Positions 1 through 10,836 of a stretch of 64,000 bases of DNA are shown here, in pieces. The stretch's first letter is position 1. Each line of letters opens with the position of its first letter. This DNA comes from an uncultured Chloroflexia bacterium (GTDB taxonomy: Bacteria > Chloroflexota > UBA6077 > JACCZL01), in assembly GCA_963765765.1 (NCBI GenBank), contig CAVXYC010000019.1, forward strand, positions 192,001 through 256,000, in the 5' to 3' direction. A program made the translations under genes and the position numbers. The notes below the pieces were generated by a model, which searched no databases, was not told the DNA's origin, and worked only from the letters and a program-made list of their open reading frames with translations.

Positions 1-34
1 GCGCTGCCCGCGAGATGTCGAGTCGGCTCGTCAT
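1..34 (-). CDS. 5' end of a gene running off the window (MTSRLDISRAA...)
   Basis: ATG at 34 on the minus strand with AAGGAG upstream; too short to assign a product. Confidence 0.5.
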   Translation of the reverse strand, partial: MTSRLDISRAA

Positions 35-55
35 TGAGAGTTCTCCTTAGAGGGA

Positions 56-160
56 AGGCTCCCTCGCTCTTCGGAGAGAGGGTTGGGGTGAGGGTCTCGC
101 GATGGGGGATATCGACCACCCTTCACCCTAACCCTCTCCCAAAGGGCGAGGGAGGATTCC
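56..160. repeat. Intergenic palindrome of the CCCTCACCCTAACCCTCTCCC / GGGAGAGGG type (REP/boxC-like)
   Basis: gagagggttggggtgagggt ... acccttcaccctaaccctctc inverted arms. Confidence 0.75.
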
Positions 161-1238
161 TAAAGTTTCAGTGCCCTTGCCAGATTGCCACCGAGGATAT
201 TCATCTTGTCCTGCTCGCTCAGGCGAGGCTTATCGGTGATGTCCGTCGTCGCATTGGGCAGGTACTGAAACTCTGGGTGCGGGAAGTCAGTACCGATGAT
301 GAAGTTCTCGCTGCCATAGGCCGAGACCAGATCCTCCAGCGGCTCCAGACTCTCAACGGCTGTCATGCAATGCTTTTTGATGAGCTCGCTCGGGCGGTTT
401 TTGTTCGCGCGCAGTTGGGCTCGATGTAGAAAGCCCGATCCGCCCCGAGCATGGCGTACGTCATCCAGGTAGCGCCGGCCTCGTAGAACACGAAGCGCAG
501 ATTAGGGAACTCATCCAGGACGCCGCCCAGGCTGAGCGCCGTAGCCGCCACCGTGTAGTCGATACCGAATCCGACATACGTCCCGATGTGCAGTCGGTGA
601 TACCGCTCATGTCCGACCATTGGGTAGCTCGTGTCGTGATCGGCAATCGTCGCGTTGCAGCCCTGGGTCGTATTGTGCACCAGACACGTCAGATCAAGTG
701 CGTTGACCGCCTCCCAGAACGGATACAGGTCGGGATCGTCATAGCTTCGATCCATGTAGCTGCCTTTGATCTGCACGGCTTTCAGGCCCAGACCCTTGAC
801 CCGCTCCAGCTCTTTCACCGACGCGTCGATGTCATCCCAGGCTACCGTGGCCATGGGGATGTAACGGCCGGCGTACTGGTTCTGAATCCTGACGGCCTCA
901 TTGTTGTAGAGCACGGCCAGCGCTTTGCGAAGCCAGAGCGGCTTGCCAAGCTCCGGCAGGAGCGGCGACGGCATCGCGTCCTGCGTCATGAGCACCTGGG
1001 TATCGAAGCCCAGACGGTCCATCTCTTCGAGCCGCGCGTCTGCATTGTTCTCGGGATCGGCTTTTTCGCTCTTCTTCGGCTGAGCTCGGCTGGAGCGCAC
1101 GGTGGTCGTCCGCCGCAGGATATCTCGCGCCTCGTGAAGCTGAGCGCGCGTAAGCATGTCTTTTAGCTCTTCGGAATCAATGGTGTGATTGAAATGCGTA
1201 TCGCCATCGATTTTTCTGATGGCTGTCGCGATAGCCAT
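160..1238 (-). CDS. Amidohydrolase_2 family protein (decarboxylase/hydratase-like), frameshifted near 390
   Basis: IDGDTH metal motif, FPNLRFVFYEAG; C-terminal GTDFPH motif lies in ORF 160..366. Confidence 0.85.
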
Positions 1239-1271
1239 TGTTCTGGCTCCTTCTGTGTGCGCGCTTCTTCG

Positions 1272-2297
1272 TTAAACAGAGATGCGATAGATCCTCGCCG
1301 CCGTATCGTGGAACATCGCCGCGCGCTCGGTAGGCGAATAGTCACGCGAGAGGCGCTTGAAGGCGTTGTACAGCACGTTATACGAGTAGGACACCTTATC
1401 CACCGGGAAGTTGCTCTCGAACATGCAGCGGTCCGGACCGAACTGCTCGATGCAGTAGCTCATGAGCGGTGACATCGACTCCGCGAGCTCTTCCGAGCCG
1501 ATCGGCTCCTTGCGGGTGTGCCAATCGAATCCGGTGCGCGGCATGCCAATGCCGCCGAGCTTTACCACCACATTCGGGCACGCCGCCGCGGCGGCAATGC
1601 CATTGCGCCAGGTGGTCATGACCTCATCGTCACGGTTCGCGTACGGGCCGTCGCGCAGGAGTCCACCAATGTGGTTCAGGATGATCTGGAGATCGGGCAC
1701 GGCTTTAGCAAATTCCACGAGCTCCGGTAGCTGCGGAAAGAACAGCCAGGCGTCGTACGAAAGCCCCATTCTTGCAAGAACACGGGCACCAGCCTGGAAT
1801 TCTCTGCTCACCAGCTGGTGAGGAATCTTGTGCGCCGCCGTGTTCTCCACCTCCGGATTTGGGTCCCAGGTGCACGAATGGCGGATCCCGTGAAATCGAT
1901 TCGGGCTGGCCGCCTGGAGCGCTTCCAGCACCGGCTCCACGCGCTCGCCCAGATTCAAATTGGCGTGGCCGATAATCGTGGCGGCGGCTCGGCCAGGTCC
2001 GTAAAGGCCGCTGGCACTTGCCGCGGCAAGACCCTGGACGAATTCCACTTCACCCACGGGACGCATCTCTTCGGAAGCGCCGGCTCGGTACATTGAGCGC
2101 GCTTCGATGAAAACGGTGGATCGTACGTTGTGGCCGCTGCCGATGTCAGCGACCAACTCATGGAGCAGATATCGCTGATAGGGCAGTCGCTCGGTACGGA
2201 AGTCCCAGAAATGGTGATGCGGATCGCAGATCGGCAGATCCGGCTCGAGGCTCGGCTCTTGAGTCAGCGCGAGCCAGTCATTGCCTCCGAACGGCAT
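1272..2297 (-). CDS. Amidohydrolase family protein (L-fuconolactonase-like)
   Basis: ICDPHHHFWD, LNHIGG and RCMFESNFPVD motifs. Confidence 0.9.
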   Translation of the reverse strand: MPFGGNDWLALTQEPSLEPDLPICDPHHHFWDFRTERLPYQRYLLHELVADIGSGHNVRSTVFIEARSMYRAGASEEMRPVGEVEFVQGLAAASASGLYGPGRAAATIIGHANLNLGERVEPVLEALQAASPNRFHGIRHSCTWDPNPEVENTAAHKIPHQLVSREFQAGARVLARMGLSYDAWLFFPQLPELVEFAKAVPDLQIILNHIGGLLRDGPYANRDDEVMTTWRNGIAAAAACPNVVVKLGGIGMPRTGFDWHTRKEPIGSEELAESMSPLMSYCIEQFGPDRCMFESNFPVDKVSYSYNVLYNAFKRLSRDYSPTERAAMFHDTAARIYRISV

Positions 2298-2434
2298 GGC
2301 ACTCCCCTTACGGTGTGATGGCTCGGAGTGACTCCGCGTGTGGGCTGACCGCCGCTGCCCGGCGCACTGCCAGAACCGATCGCAGCCTACAAGGTGGGCG
2401 TAGCGGTGTCAATCGGGGTTAAGCTCGACCACCA

Positions 2435-2545
2435 CTTTTAGAGTGCGGCGGTCTTCGCCGCTTTCGTACCGAGCGGAGCGTCACAGCGATAGTGAGCTCG
2501 GCTTCCAGCCGGCGTGAAAGCGGCGAAGACCGCCGCAGTCCAAAG
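2435..2545. repeat. REP-like inverted repeat (GAGTGCGGCGGTCTTCGCCGCTTT ... AAAGCGGCGAAGACCGCCGCAGTC)
   Basis: Two internally palindromic units in inverted orientation between MATE and amidohydrolase genes. Confidence 0.75.
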
Positions 2546-2555
2546 TTGGCCAACG

Positions 2556-4007
2556 CTACGCTTCGACGCCAGCAGCAACCGGTTGAGCTGAGTGTCTGGG
2601 ACGCGGGCTGGGACTCGAACGAAACGTCCAGTACACACCGGCCGCCTGCATTCCGCCGAAGACTACGAACGAGAGCGCGATCACAATACTGAGCGATCCC
2701 AGTCCACCGCCGAGGACACTCACGACAATCGTGCCGCCGACCACAGCGACAATCAATCGAGCAAACCCTGCGCCAAGCGGCGCCCAGAGTCGGCCGGCTC
2801 CCTGCGAAGCAAAGTAGAGTGCCAGGCCGAATCCGAAGAGCACATAGGTGGGACCGACGTTGTGGAGATACGTCGCGCCATAGCTCAGCACCTCGGGCTG
2901 ATCGCTAAACATCCCCAGCCAGAGATTAGGGGCCAGCGCGGCGACCAGACCGACCGTTCCGGTCACTCCTCCTGCCAGGAGCGCGCCGGTCCAGGCGATG
3001 CGGCGCGCTCGATCGATCTGCCCAGCGCCAACATTAGTACCCACCATCGTGACTAACGCCGACCCGAGACCGAAGACCAGTGGTATGAGCAAATATTCCA
3101 AACGGCTTGCCAGACCATAGCCAGCGAGCGCGTAGATTCCAAACGAGCCGACCAGTCCGGTGACCGCCGCGACGTTTGCGTTTGTCAGGATGGTGTTGAT
3201 GGACCCCAGAAAACCGACCCGCAGGATGTCCGCAAAGTGGTGGCGCTGAAGTGACGTCCAGCCGATACTCAGTCCGCCTTTCGATCGTCGGCTGGACGCG
3301 TACCAGGTGAGTACGACCGCCCGAAGAACGTTTGAGATCACCAGTGAAATCGCCGCGCCGGAGACACCGAGGCCTTGAAGCGGTCCGAAACCGAAGATGA
3401 GAGCCGGAGCAAGGCTGATATGCACTAGCTCGCCGAACACGACAACCATCGCGGGGACATTCATGTCGCCCGATCCGCGCAGAATGCTGGCCCACGTGTT
3501 GACCAGCCAGAGCGCGGCCGAGCCACTAAAGAGAATGGCTGAATAAGTGATAGCTGCATCAAGCGAGGCGCCCGCGCCGCCCATGGTGCGATAGAGCGAC
3601 GGTCCGGCAAGGAGTCCACCCGCTGTGAACAACACGGACAGTCCCAGGCCGATGACCAACGCGTGTGTCACAAGGGCGTTTGCATCGGCGCGCCGACCCG
3701 CGCCCAGGGCGCGAGCGATGGCGGAGGAGATACCCCCGCCGATGCCCCCCGCGGACATCGTGACCATGAGCATCCAGGCGGGCAGCACCAGCGACACGCC
3801 GGCCAGCGCATCAGGTCCCAGCCGTCCCACAAACCACGCGTCGAACGTGCTGGATGCTGCCAACACCATCACGACCACGATGTTGGGTGCGGCGAGCCGC
3901 AGCAGACGAGGCAAAATCGGCCCCTCCAACAGAATTCGCGTCTGAGCGCCAACCTGTTTCGGCTGGCGCTGGACGTTGGGTGGCACTTCTAGCGTGGATG
4001 ATGGCAC
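2556..4007 (-). CDS. MATE family efflux transporter
   Basis: ~12 TM segments; DAWFVGRLG, ILRGSGD and MVGTNVGAG motifs; start uncertain. Confidence 0.92.
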   Translation of the reverse strand: MPSSTLEVPPNVQRQPKQVGAQTRILLEGPILPRLLRLAAPNIVVVMVLAASSTFDAWFVGRLGPDALAGVSLVLPAWMLMVTMSAGGIGGGISSAIARALGAGRRADANALVTHALVIGLGLSVLFTAGGLLAGPSLYRTMGGAGASLDAAITYSAILFSGSAALWLVNTWASILRGSGDMNVPAMVVVFGELVHISLAPALIFGFGPLQGLGVSGAAISLVISNVLRAVVLTWYASSRRSKGGLSIGWTSLQRHHFADILRVGFLGSINTILTNANVAAVTGLVGSFGIYALAGYGLASRLEYLLIPLVFGLGSALVTMVGTNVGAGQIDRARRIAWTGALLAGGVTGTVGLVAALAPNLWLGMFSDQPEVLSYGATYLHNVGPTYVLFGFGLALYFASQGAGRLWAPLGAGFARLIVAVVGGTIVVSVLGGGLGSLSIVIALSFVVFGGMQAAGVYWTFRSSPSPRPRHSAQPVAAGVEA

Positions 4008-4039
4008 GAGCGACTCCGCAGGCCTTGACGATGGACGTG

Positions 4040-4056
4040 ACTTGCGATATGCAAGT
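4040..4056. promoter_or_regulatory. Palindromic operator ACTTGC-N5-GCAAGT, probably for the divergent HxlR regulator
   Basis: Perfect 6-bp inverted repeat between divergent MATE and HxlR genes; partial second copy near 4077-4094. Confidence 0.55.
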
Positions 4057-4263
4057 TAGTGACAGATTAGCAGTGTACCTTGTAAAATGCAAGTGACTTC
4101 GTTGAGCGGTGTCCCTGCAAGTGACGGAGTTGATGACAGGGCGGCCACGACTGAGAGCATGGAGTTTTGAGCGGAGATGCTCAGGCCGGAAATTTGGTGC
4201 GCCTCGACGCGCCCGACGCGCGGCGAGATAGGAAAGGCTATATCCAAAGAAAGGACCAAGCCA

Positions 4264-4683
4264 TTGCCACTGTCCCGATCCAATCTCAAACACCAGACTG
4301 AGGAGCAAGCAACAACTCGTTCGAACTGTCCCATTGCCTGCACGCTTGACCTCGTTGGGGATCGTTGGACGCTGCTTGTCATCCGCGACTTGATGCGGCA
4401 GCGCAGTCGCTTCGGCGAGCTGCTCAATTCGCCTGAGCGCATCCCGACCAACATCCTGGCTGATCGGCTCAAACGGCTCGAGCGCGCAGGAGTCATCTCC
4501 AGTTCGCGGTACAACGAGCATCCTCCGCGTTACGAATACGCGCTTACGGAAAAGGGGCTGGAGCTCGGCCGGGCCATCAATGCGCTCGCATCCTGGGGCC
4601 TGAAGTACGTTCCGGGCACGAGAGTCGGTGAAGGCCTGGTGCATCACGATGAACACGAGCGCCACCTGGATCACCAATCCTGA
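4264..4683 (+). CDS. HxlR family winged-helix transcriptional regulator
   Basis: CPIACTLDLVGDRWTLLVIRDL and EYALTEKG motifs; start uncertain (ORF open from 4177). Confidence 0.92.
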   Translation: MPLSRSNLKHQTEEQATTRSNCPIACTLDLVGDRWTLLVIRDLMRQRSRFGELLNSPERIPTNILADRLKRLERAGVISSSRYNEHPPRYEYALTEKGLELGRAINALASWGLKYVPGTRVGEGLVHHDEHERHLDHQS

Positions 4684-4698
4684 CAGGAATTGTCAGGA
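4678..4698. promoter_or_regulatory. Palindromic operator TCCTGACA-N5-TGTCAGGA upstream of VOC gene
   Basis: Perfect 8-bp inverted repeat. Confidence 0.5.
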
Positions 4699-4762
4699 CC
4701 ACCTCCTAGCCTAGAAATTGACCGTCTCGTGTCGCGGTCAGATCAAAGGAGGCATCTATAAC

Positions 4763-5278
4763 ATGGCCGAGACAGATGAGAAGCGCCCGGAGGAAGCCGC
4801 TCAATCAGCACCCGACGGCTATGCGACGGTTACCCCATGGATCATTTCGCGCGATACGTCGGCCCTCATCGATTTCATGAAGAAGGCCTTTGGCGCCGAA
4901 GAGATCGCTCGAGTGGTGGATGAACGCGGCGTCATTGGCCATGCTGAAGTGCGGATCGGCGACTCCGTAGTATTGGGATTCGATGCCCGTCCCGATTGGC
5001 CGGATACGCCTGCCTTTCTACGCTTGTATGTAGCCGATTGCGACGCGGTGTACGAGCGTGCCCTCGCAGTTGGCGGCACATCAGTGACCAGGCCGACCAC
5101 GCTTTTCTTTGGGGATCGAGTAGCGCGAGTGCGGGATCCGCTCGGCAACCTATGGTGGATCCAGACGCGTCTCGAAAATTTGACGATGGAAGAGATGGAG
5201 CGTCGCGCCACGCTGCCTGAGTACGTCGAGGCGATGGAGTACGTCACCGGAGCGGAGTTCTTCCCAGCAACCAAGTGA
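4763..5278 (+). CDS. VOC/glyoxalase family protein (PhnB-like)
   Basis: HAEVRIGDS and GDRVARVRDPLGNLWWI motifs; AAGGAGG RBS. Confidence 0.9.
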   Translation: MAETDEKRPEEAAQSAPDGYATVTPWIISRDTSALIDFMKKAFGAEEIARVVDERGVIGHAEVRIGDSVVLGFDARPDWPDTPAFLRLYVADCDAVYERALAVGGTSVTRPTTLFFGDRVARVRDPLGNLWWIQTRLENLTMEEMERRATLPEYVEAMEYVTGAEFFPATK

Positions 5279-5333
5279 TGCTCCGCGTGCCATGATGGTG
5301 TAGATTCAATAGGTCCAGTCCGCGGAGGGATCT

Positions 5334-6251
5334 ATGCCTATTTCGATCATGTCCGGCAATCGCTACGCCACCAAGCAGCTCGTGAACGGCAACGTAAAGG
5401 TCCAGGGCTTTGACGTGGACTTTCCGGATTGGGGCACCGTGGCGCCGCTGTTCAATAGCTTCTATCACAACCTCGACCAGGACGCGGTCGACCTGCCACT
5501 CAGCAACTACATCATCGCGCGCGATCTCGGGAAGCCGATTACGGCCGTTCCGACTTTTCCGACTCGCTTCCAGCCGCTGATGGGCCCGATGGTGAATCGT
5601 AAGTCGGGCATCAAGACGGTCAACGACCTCATCGGCAAGAAGGTCGGCGTTCAGGGCTTTGCTTTCAACCCGGCTGTCTATCTCCGCGGGATGCTGACGC
5701 AGATGTACAACTTTCCTGTCGAAGAGATCATCTGGGTGGAAGGGGAGCCGAACTCGACCAGCAATATTGCTTACGGGCGCGATAGCAGATTCAAGATCGA
5801 GAAGGCGCCGCGCAGCATCATGGACATGGTCAACGATGGTGAGCTCGACGCGGTATTCATGTCTGATGGCGGTCTCGATCCGACCGACAAGTTGGATCGG
5901 TTGTTCGAGGACCCGTGGGTCGAGATCCGCAAGTTTTACGAGAAGACCGGCGTCTTCCCGGTGAACGCGGCCGTGGTCTTCCGCAACGAGATACTCGAGG
6001 CCAACCCCGGTCTGGATAAGGCTCTGGTGAAAGCCTACCAGGAAGCCTGGGACCGCTACGTCGCGGAAGAGCCCGACAGCAAGCACATGATGCTGGCGCT
6101 ATCGGAGATGAAGAAGCTGGGCGTTATGCCGCTCAAAGAAGGCTTCAGCGCCAACCGGAAGAACATTGCCTGGATCGCCAAAGCCTGCCACGACCAGGGC
6201 CTTACGAAGCGCCTCTGGGAGCCCGAGGAGCTGTTTCCGCAAATCGACTAG
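5334..6251 (+). CDS. Periplasmic-binding-fold protein, 4,5-dihydroxyphthalate decarboxylase-like
   Basis: LSNYIIARD, PTFPTRF, DLIGKKVGV and FYEKTGVFP segments; no signal peptide. Confidence 0.75.
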   Translation: MPISIMSGNRYATKQLVNGNVKVQGFDVDFPDWGTVAPLFNSFYHNLDQDAVDLPLSNYIIARDLGKPITAVPTFPTRFQPLMGPMVNRKSGIKTVNDLIGKKVGVQGFAFNPAVYLRGMLTQMYNFPVEEIIWVEGEPNSTSNIAYGRDSRFKIEKAPRSIMDMVNDGELDAVFMSDGGLDPTDKLDRLFEDPWVEIRKFYEKTGVFPVNAAVVFRNEILEANPGLDKALVKAYQEAWDRYVAEEPDSKHMMLALSEMKKLGVMPLKEGFSANRKNIAWIAKACHDQGLTKRLWEPEELFPQID

Positions 6252-6256
6252 GAGTG

Positions 6257-6289
6257 GGTGGGACAGGCAGGTACCTGCCTGTCCCACCC
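6257..6289. terminator. Hairpin between convergent genes (GGGTGGGACAGGCAGG ... CCTGCCTGTCCCACCC), REP-like or terminator
   Basis: Near-perfect long inverted repeat. Confidence 0.6.
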
Positions 6290-6298
6290 AGGAAGGTC

Positions 6299-7102
6299 TT
6301 ACTGCGGGAATGGGAAGTGCTCGGACATCCAGGCTTGCCAGCTTGCTTCAGCATCGGCCGTGCCATTGGCTCCATCCGGGCCATAGAGAAACAGCCGCAC
6401 GGACACGTAGACCTGGTCCATTTGGATCGGAAAGAAGTGAGCTAGCCCAGGCGCCGGCTGAGTAAGTCGGAGCAGGGCGGACGGAAATTCAGCCGGGCCA
6501 AGCTCCTCCACGATTCCGCTCAAGACGGGTGCACCGCTCGCTGATGCTACGGGCTGGCCATTGGCGACGTCCGCTATCCCGAGTGCCGCGGTGAATGTCC
6601 GCCAGGTTGTCGGAACGTCTTCTGGGCTCACGCCCATGACCTGGAACGCTGAGCACTGTTGCCCCGAGAAGTGCTGAAGGTAGAGCCGCAGTATCTTGAA
6701 GAATCCGATCCAGCCCCATTCGTGCCCCTCGAACTGACTGTCCCAGTCGTCCGTGTCGGCGAACCAGCTATGGACGACCCGAACAACGCACGTTCCACCT
6801 GAGTGCGCTTCCACGCTCCATTCGGTCGCAACGGTGGGCGAGCCAGGGCCCATGTCATCCGTGTTTTCAGCGACGAATCGATGTGGCGGGTTCCATGTGG
6901 TGATGACTGACGCCGAGTCCATGCCCGGTCCAAAGCTGGACGTCGTGATCCCTCCTTCACGTTGCTCCACGGTTGAAGGCACGAACCACGATGAGATCCC
7001 TGGCCCCGATGCGATTGCGTTCCAGACGTCTTCCGGAGAGCCGGGGACTTCCACCTCCGCTTGAACAAACCGACGACCTGACTCGTCTTTCCTCACAGGC
7101 AT
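6299..7102 (-). CDS. SRPBCC/AHSA1 domain protein
   Basis: EDVWNAIASGPGISSWF and WNPPHRF motifs. Confidence 0.88.
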   Translation of the reverse strand: MPVRKDESGRRFVQAEVEVPGSPEDVWNAIASGPGISSWFVPSTVEQREGGITTSSFGPGMDSASVITTWNPPHRFVAENTDDMGPGSPTVATEWSVEAHSGGTCVVRVVHSWFADTDDWDSQFEGHEWGWIGFFKILRLYLQHFSGQQCSAFQVMGVSPEDVPTTWRTFTAALGIADVANGQPVASASGAPVLSGIVEELGPAEFPSALLRLTQPAPGLAHFFPIQMDQVYVSVRLFLYGPDGANGTADAEASWQAWMSEHFPFPQ

Positions 7103-7108
7103 GCGCGT

Positions 7109-7702
7109 CTACTCCTCTCCCTCTTCAATAAGTAGGGGGTGAGCCACCAGCACGATGCGATGCGGCCGCCCGCCGGGCGCCGATTCGTCGTGATACTTGG
7201 CGGCGAGTGTTGTAATCGATTGGGTTAGCTCGCGACTGAACGCAGCGCGCTCTGCGGCCGAACGAAATCGAATCTCCGTATCGATCGAGAGCGTGGCCAG
7301 ATACTTGCCCGCGGCTTCCGAGCGGTGGATGAGATTGCTCACCTCGCGGACAATTCGGGCGCCGAGTGCGATGAGATAGCTTGCGGAGAGCCGATCACGC
7401 GCGCGGGCCGGATCGCTAGCCACAGGTCCCAGAGCCCCGGGAGAGACGACGTACGACGTCGCTGTGGCAACTAGCTTGCGCTCGGTAAGGCCCCCCCAGC
7501 GGCGCTCTTCCGCCACGTGAACGAGTCCACTCGATTCCAGCGCCCGCAGATGATAGTTGAGCTTTTGCCGGGCAATTCCCAACCTCGCCGAGAGCGCCGC
7601 CGCGGAAGCCGGCTCGGACAGCTCGGCCAGGAGCCGGCTCCGAATCGAGTCCAGCGCAACCGTCGCCACGGCCGGGTTCTCGATGACTTCCACGTCAAGC
7701 AT
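7109..7702 (-). CDS. ArsR-like HTH transcriptional regulator
   Basis: RSRLLAELSEPASAAALSARLGIARQKLNYHLRALE helix-turn-helix. Confidence 0.88.
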   Translation of the reverse strand: MLDVEVIENPAVATVALDSIRSRLLAELSEPASAAALSARLGIARQKLNYHLRALESSGLVHVAEERRWGGLTERKLVATATSYVVSPGALGPVASDPARARDRLSASYLIALGARIVREVSNLIHRSEAAGKYLATLSIDTEIRFRSAAERAAFSRELTQSITTLAAKYHDESAPGGRPHRIVLVAHPLLIEEGEE

Positions 7703-7708
7703 GGTGTG

Positions 7709-7737
7709 ATTCTAGCCTTGACAAGAAATATTGTCAA
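7709..7737 (-). promoter_or_regulatory. Sigma70 promoter TTGACA-N17-TAGAAT overlapped by operator TTGACAA-N6-TTGTCAA; probably leaderless
   Basis: Near-consensus -35/-10 with 17-bp spacer; ATG lies 6 nt after the -10. Confidence 0.75.
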
Positions 7738-8019
7738 TGCCACGAAACGGCAGTGCGCGGTGGGCATCATGCAACTGACCAAACACCACGACGTACTGAC
7801 CATCCTGGCATGTCAATGGAAGATCTGTCAAGACCTTCGCTGCACTCAGGATGACAGCAGCCGGGGACGATGCCTGATACCTGGCAATCGTCTAACAGCC
7901 CGCCGGCCTGCGGCATCTAGTTGAACAACCACCCGTCCGCTGCTAGGATAGGTTGCAATCACCCCGTAGCAAGTGGCCCTGTGAACGTGGACCGGGCGAG
8001 AGCCCGGCAGGAGCGAACG

Positions 8020-9724
8020 ATGCAATACGACCTGCTCATTCGGAATGGCCTGGTAGTGGATGGCTCCGGAATGCCGGGCTTCCGCGCTGACGTCGGTATC
8101 AAGGACGGCAAAGTCGTTGAGATTGGCCGATTAGCCGGCTTCGCGACGCGCGTCATCGATGCCGACGGCATGGTCGTGTCGCCCGGCTTCATCGACCACC
8201 ACACTCACCTGGATGCGCAGATGCTCTGGGACCCCTACGGGACGTCCGAGCCGCAGCACGGCGTGACCACCGTGGTGATGGGTAATTGCGGTCTCACGCT
8301 GGCCCCAACTCGAGACCAGGATCACGATGCACTTGTGGGCTGTTTCGTGCGGGTCGAGGCGATTCCAAGAATCGCATTTAATGAGGGCGTGCCGTGGAAC
8401 TGGCACACCTTCGGTGAGTACCTCGACGCGTTCGAGGGCAAAGTTGGCATCAACGTCTCGGGCATGGTGGGCCACATGGCGCTCCGCCAGATCGTAATGG
8501 ACGAGGAGTCCGTTGAGCGCGCCGCTCGTCCAGACGAAGTCGAGAAAATGCAGGAGCTGCTGCGCGAATCGATGCGCGGCGGAGCTCTCGGGCTTTCCAC
8601 AAATCGGAACCCTCAGCATATGCGCGAGGACGGCAAGCCCGTTCCCAGTCGCCTCGCTGATGATGATGAGATGTTCGCCCTTGCCGACGTCCTTGGTGAG
8701 ATGAACGCCGGTATCGTGGAGACGGTCGGTCTAGCCGACCCGTCGTATGTACCGTGGCACGGCGAGATCGCCCGTCGAACCGGTCGAGCCGGTGTGCTGG
8801 CAGAGCGTTCAGACGCGCTGGTCCGAAGGCGATAAGTGGCAGCGTCAGCTCGACGCGATGGCCGCCGAGTTCTCCGAGGGGCGGCGCACGTTTGCATTAG
8901 CCAACTCCATCCCGCTCATGCGCTACTTCAACCTCGACAATACGCAGTTCTTTGATGAGCTACCCACCTGGAAGACCCTGACCTTCCTGCCGCCGATGGT
9001 GCGCAAGCAAGCGCTCAAGGATCCTGAGACGCGGGCGAAGATGCGCGCAGATTGGGACGAGCCGCGCCAGATCCAGATGCATCGTCGCTGGGATCTCATT
9101 GTGATCGACAAGGTGGCGCTGCCCGAGAACGAGAAGTACGTCGGCAAGAGCGTGGCCGAGATGGCGGCAATGCGCGGCCAGGATCCCATGGATGCGTTCC
9201 TGGATCTCTCACTCGAGGAAGATCTTCGTACAGAGTTCAAGACTTCCAACGCGCGTGACGACGCCGAAGCCATGGGCGCGGTGCTCAACAGTCCATACAT
9301 CCTGATCGGAGTTTCGGACGCGGGGGCGCACGTTCAGTTTGGCGTTGACTTCGGCTATGCCACCAGCTTGCTGGGCATCTGGGTACGGGACCGCGGCGTG
9401 GTGGCGCTGGAGCAGGCCATCCATAAGCTCACTTTCCAGGTGGCATCGGTCTACGGCATGCAGGAGCGGGGACTATTGCGTCCGGGCTATGCGGCGGACG
9501 TGACAATTTTTGATCTCAATACTGTGCGCGCCCTGCCCGCGGAATGGGCACAGGATTACCCCGCGGGCACCAAGCGACTCATTCAGCGGTCCGAGGGCAT
9601 TCACTACACGATCGTCAACGGCCAGGTGATCTATGAGAACGGCGAGTTGAGTGGCGCCCTCCCCGGATCGGTAATCCGTGGCGCGGCCTACTCGGGTGCT
9701 CGTGAGCTCGTGGGGGCGCGGTAA
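8020..9724 (+). CDS. N-acyl-D-amino-acid deacylase family amidohydrolase, frameshifted near 8790
   Basis: PGFIDHHTHLD and GVTTVVMGNCG in ORF 7921..8835; SDAGAH and RGLLRPGYAAD in ORF 8747..9724. Confidence 0.9.
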
Positions 9725-9730
9725 CTTTCT

Positions 9731-10048
9731 ATGGGTGTTGCCTACGTTCCGGTTGGCCGACCGGATGAGATTCAAGAAGGCAAGATGAAATCCGCCGACC
9801 TCGGAGGTCGGCGGATTCTTGTCACGTCAGTGGACGGCGAGTACTTCGCATTCTCCAGTCAGTGCCCGCACGAAGGCACCGACCTCGACACAGGCGAGAT
9901 CAATGGCAAGCGCATTGTGTGTGAGGCTCACAACTACTGGTTTGAGCTCCAAACCGGTGAGTGCGTGATGCCCCGCGGCGGTCCAGCCCTGGCCGTTCTG
10001 CCGCTCGAGCTGCGCGACGGTGAGCTGTGCGTGCGGTTGGAGTGGTAG
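9731..10048 (+). CDS. Rieske-type ferredoxin
   Basis: CPH ... CEAH ligand motifs in a 105-aa protein. Confidence 0.9.
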   Translation: MGVAYVPVGRPDEIQEGKMKSADLGGRRILVTSVDGEYFAFSSQCPHEGTDLDTGEINGKRIVCEAHNYWFELQTGECVMPRGGPALAVLPLELRDGELCVRLEW

Positions 10049-10097
10049 CCGAACTGCGGAAACTTAGCGCCACGTACATGGCGTATCAACCCTGCCA

Positions 10098-10577
10098 ATG
10101 ATCCAGGACGGAACAAAGTGGCTACGGGCCAGGCTGCGAAGCACACCTTCGCGCACGTTCGTTCTCTATCCGATTGTCGCCTGCGTGTTAAGCGCTCTGA
10201 CTCATCGCGGCGGACCGCGCTTCGATCTCCGCTTTCTGCCAATTCTCATCTGGGGCTACCTGCAGTACCGTTTCTGCGGCGACTACCGGCAGCGCTTGCA
10301 CGCGGGCAGCCGTGGTATGGAGAACCTGCCGAATCACATCATTCGATCGGGCCCGTACGCCCTCACCCGCAATCCAATGTACCTCGGCCACCTGGTCTTT
10401 CTGTTCGGCCTGGCACCATTCACAAGATCGAAGCTAGCCTGGGTGCTATTGGCTGCCAATGCGCCATGGTTTCACATGCGGGTGCTTCAGGATGAAGCAC
10501 GTCTGCGAGAGCAATTCGGCGCCGAGTACGAGGCGTATTGCACCGACGTCAAGCGCTGGATCCCGTTCGTAGCGTGA
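10098..10577 (+). CDS. Isoprenylcysteine carboxylmethyltransferase / PEMT family membrane protein
   Basis: GPYALTRNPMYLG and FGAEYEAYC motifs. Confidence 0.88.
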   Translation: MIQDGTKWLRARLRSTPSRTFVLYPIVACVLSALTHRGGPRFDLRFLPILIWGYLQYRFCGDYRQRLHAGSRGMENLPNHIIRSGPYALTRNPMYLGHLVFLFGLAPFTRSKLAWVLLAANAPWFHMRVLQDEARLREQFGAEYEAYCTDVKRWIPFVA

Positions 10578-10608
10578 TTTGGCTGCTCATGTGGCGATCG
10601 AGAGCCTT

Positions 10609-10697
10609 GTCATCCTGAGCCCGCAGGCGAAGGATCTTCCCCGCCGGTGACATGGATGCCGGCGGGGAAGATCCTTCGCCTGCGGGCTCAGGATGAC
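10609..10697. repeat. GTCATCCTGAG...GAAGGATCT palindromic repeat, copy with perfect 39-bp stem
   Basis: Arms checked by hand as exact reverse complements, 11-nt loop. Confidence 0.9.
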
Positions 10698-10836
10698 CGG
10701 GAGGCGATGTTCCGGAACTGTTGTGGGCTGCTCAGGATGACAGGGACGGAGGTGCCCGGGAACTGTTATCCCTGATCAAGGCCACCATTGCGGCAACGGT
10801 ACCGCCCGCCACTACGCCGGCGGCAGTATTTGCACC

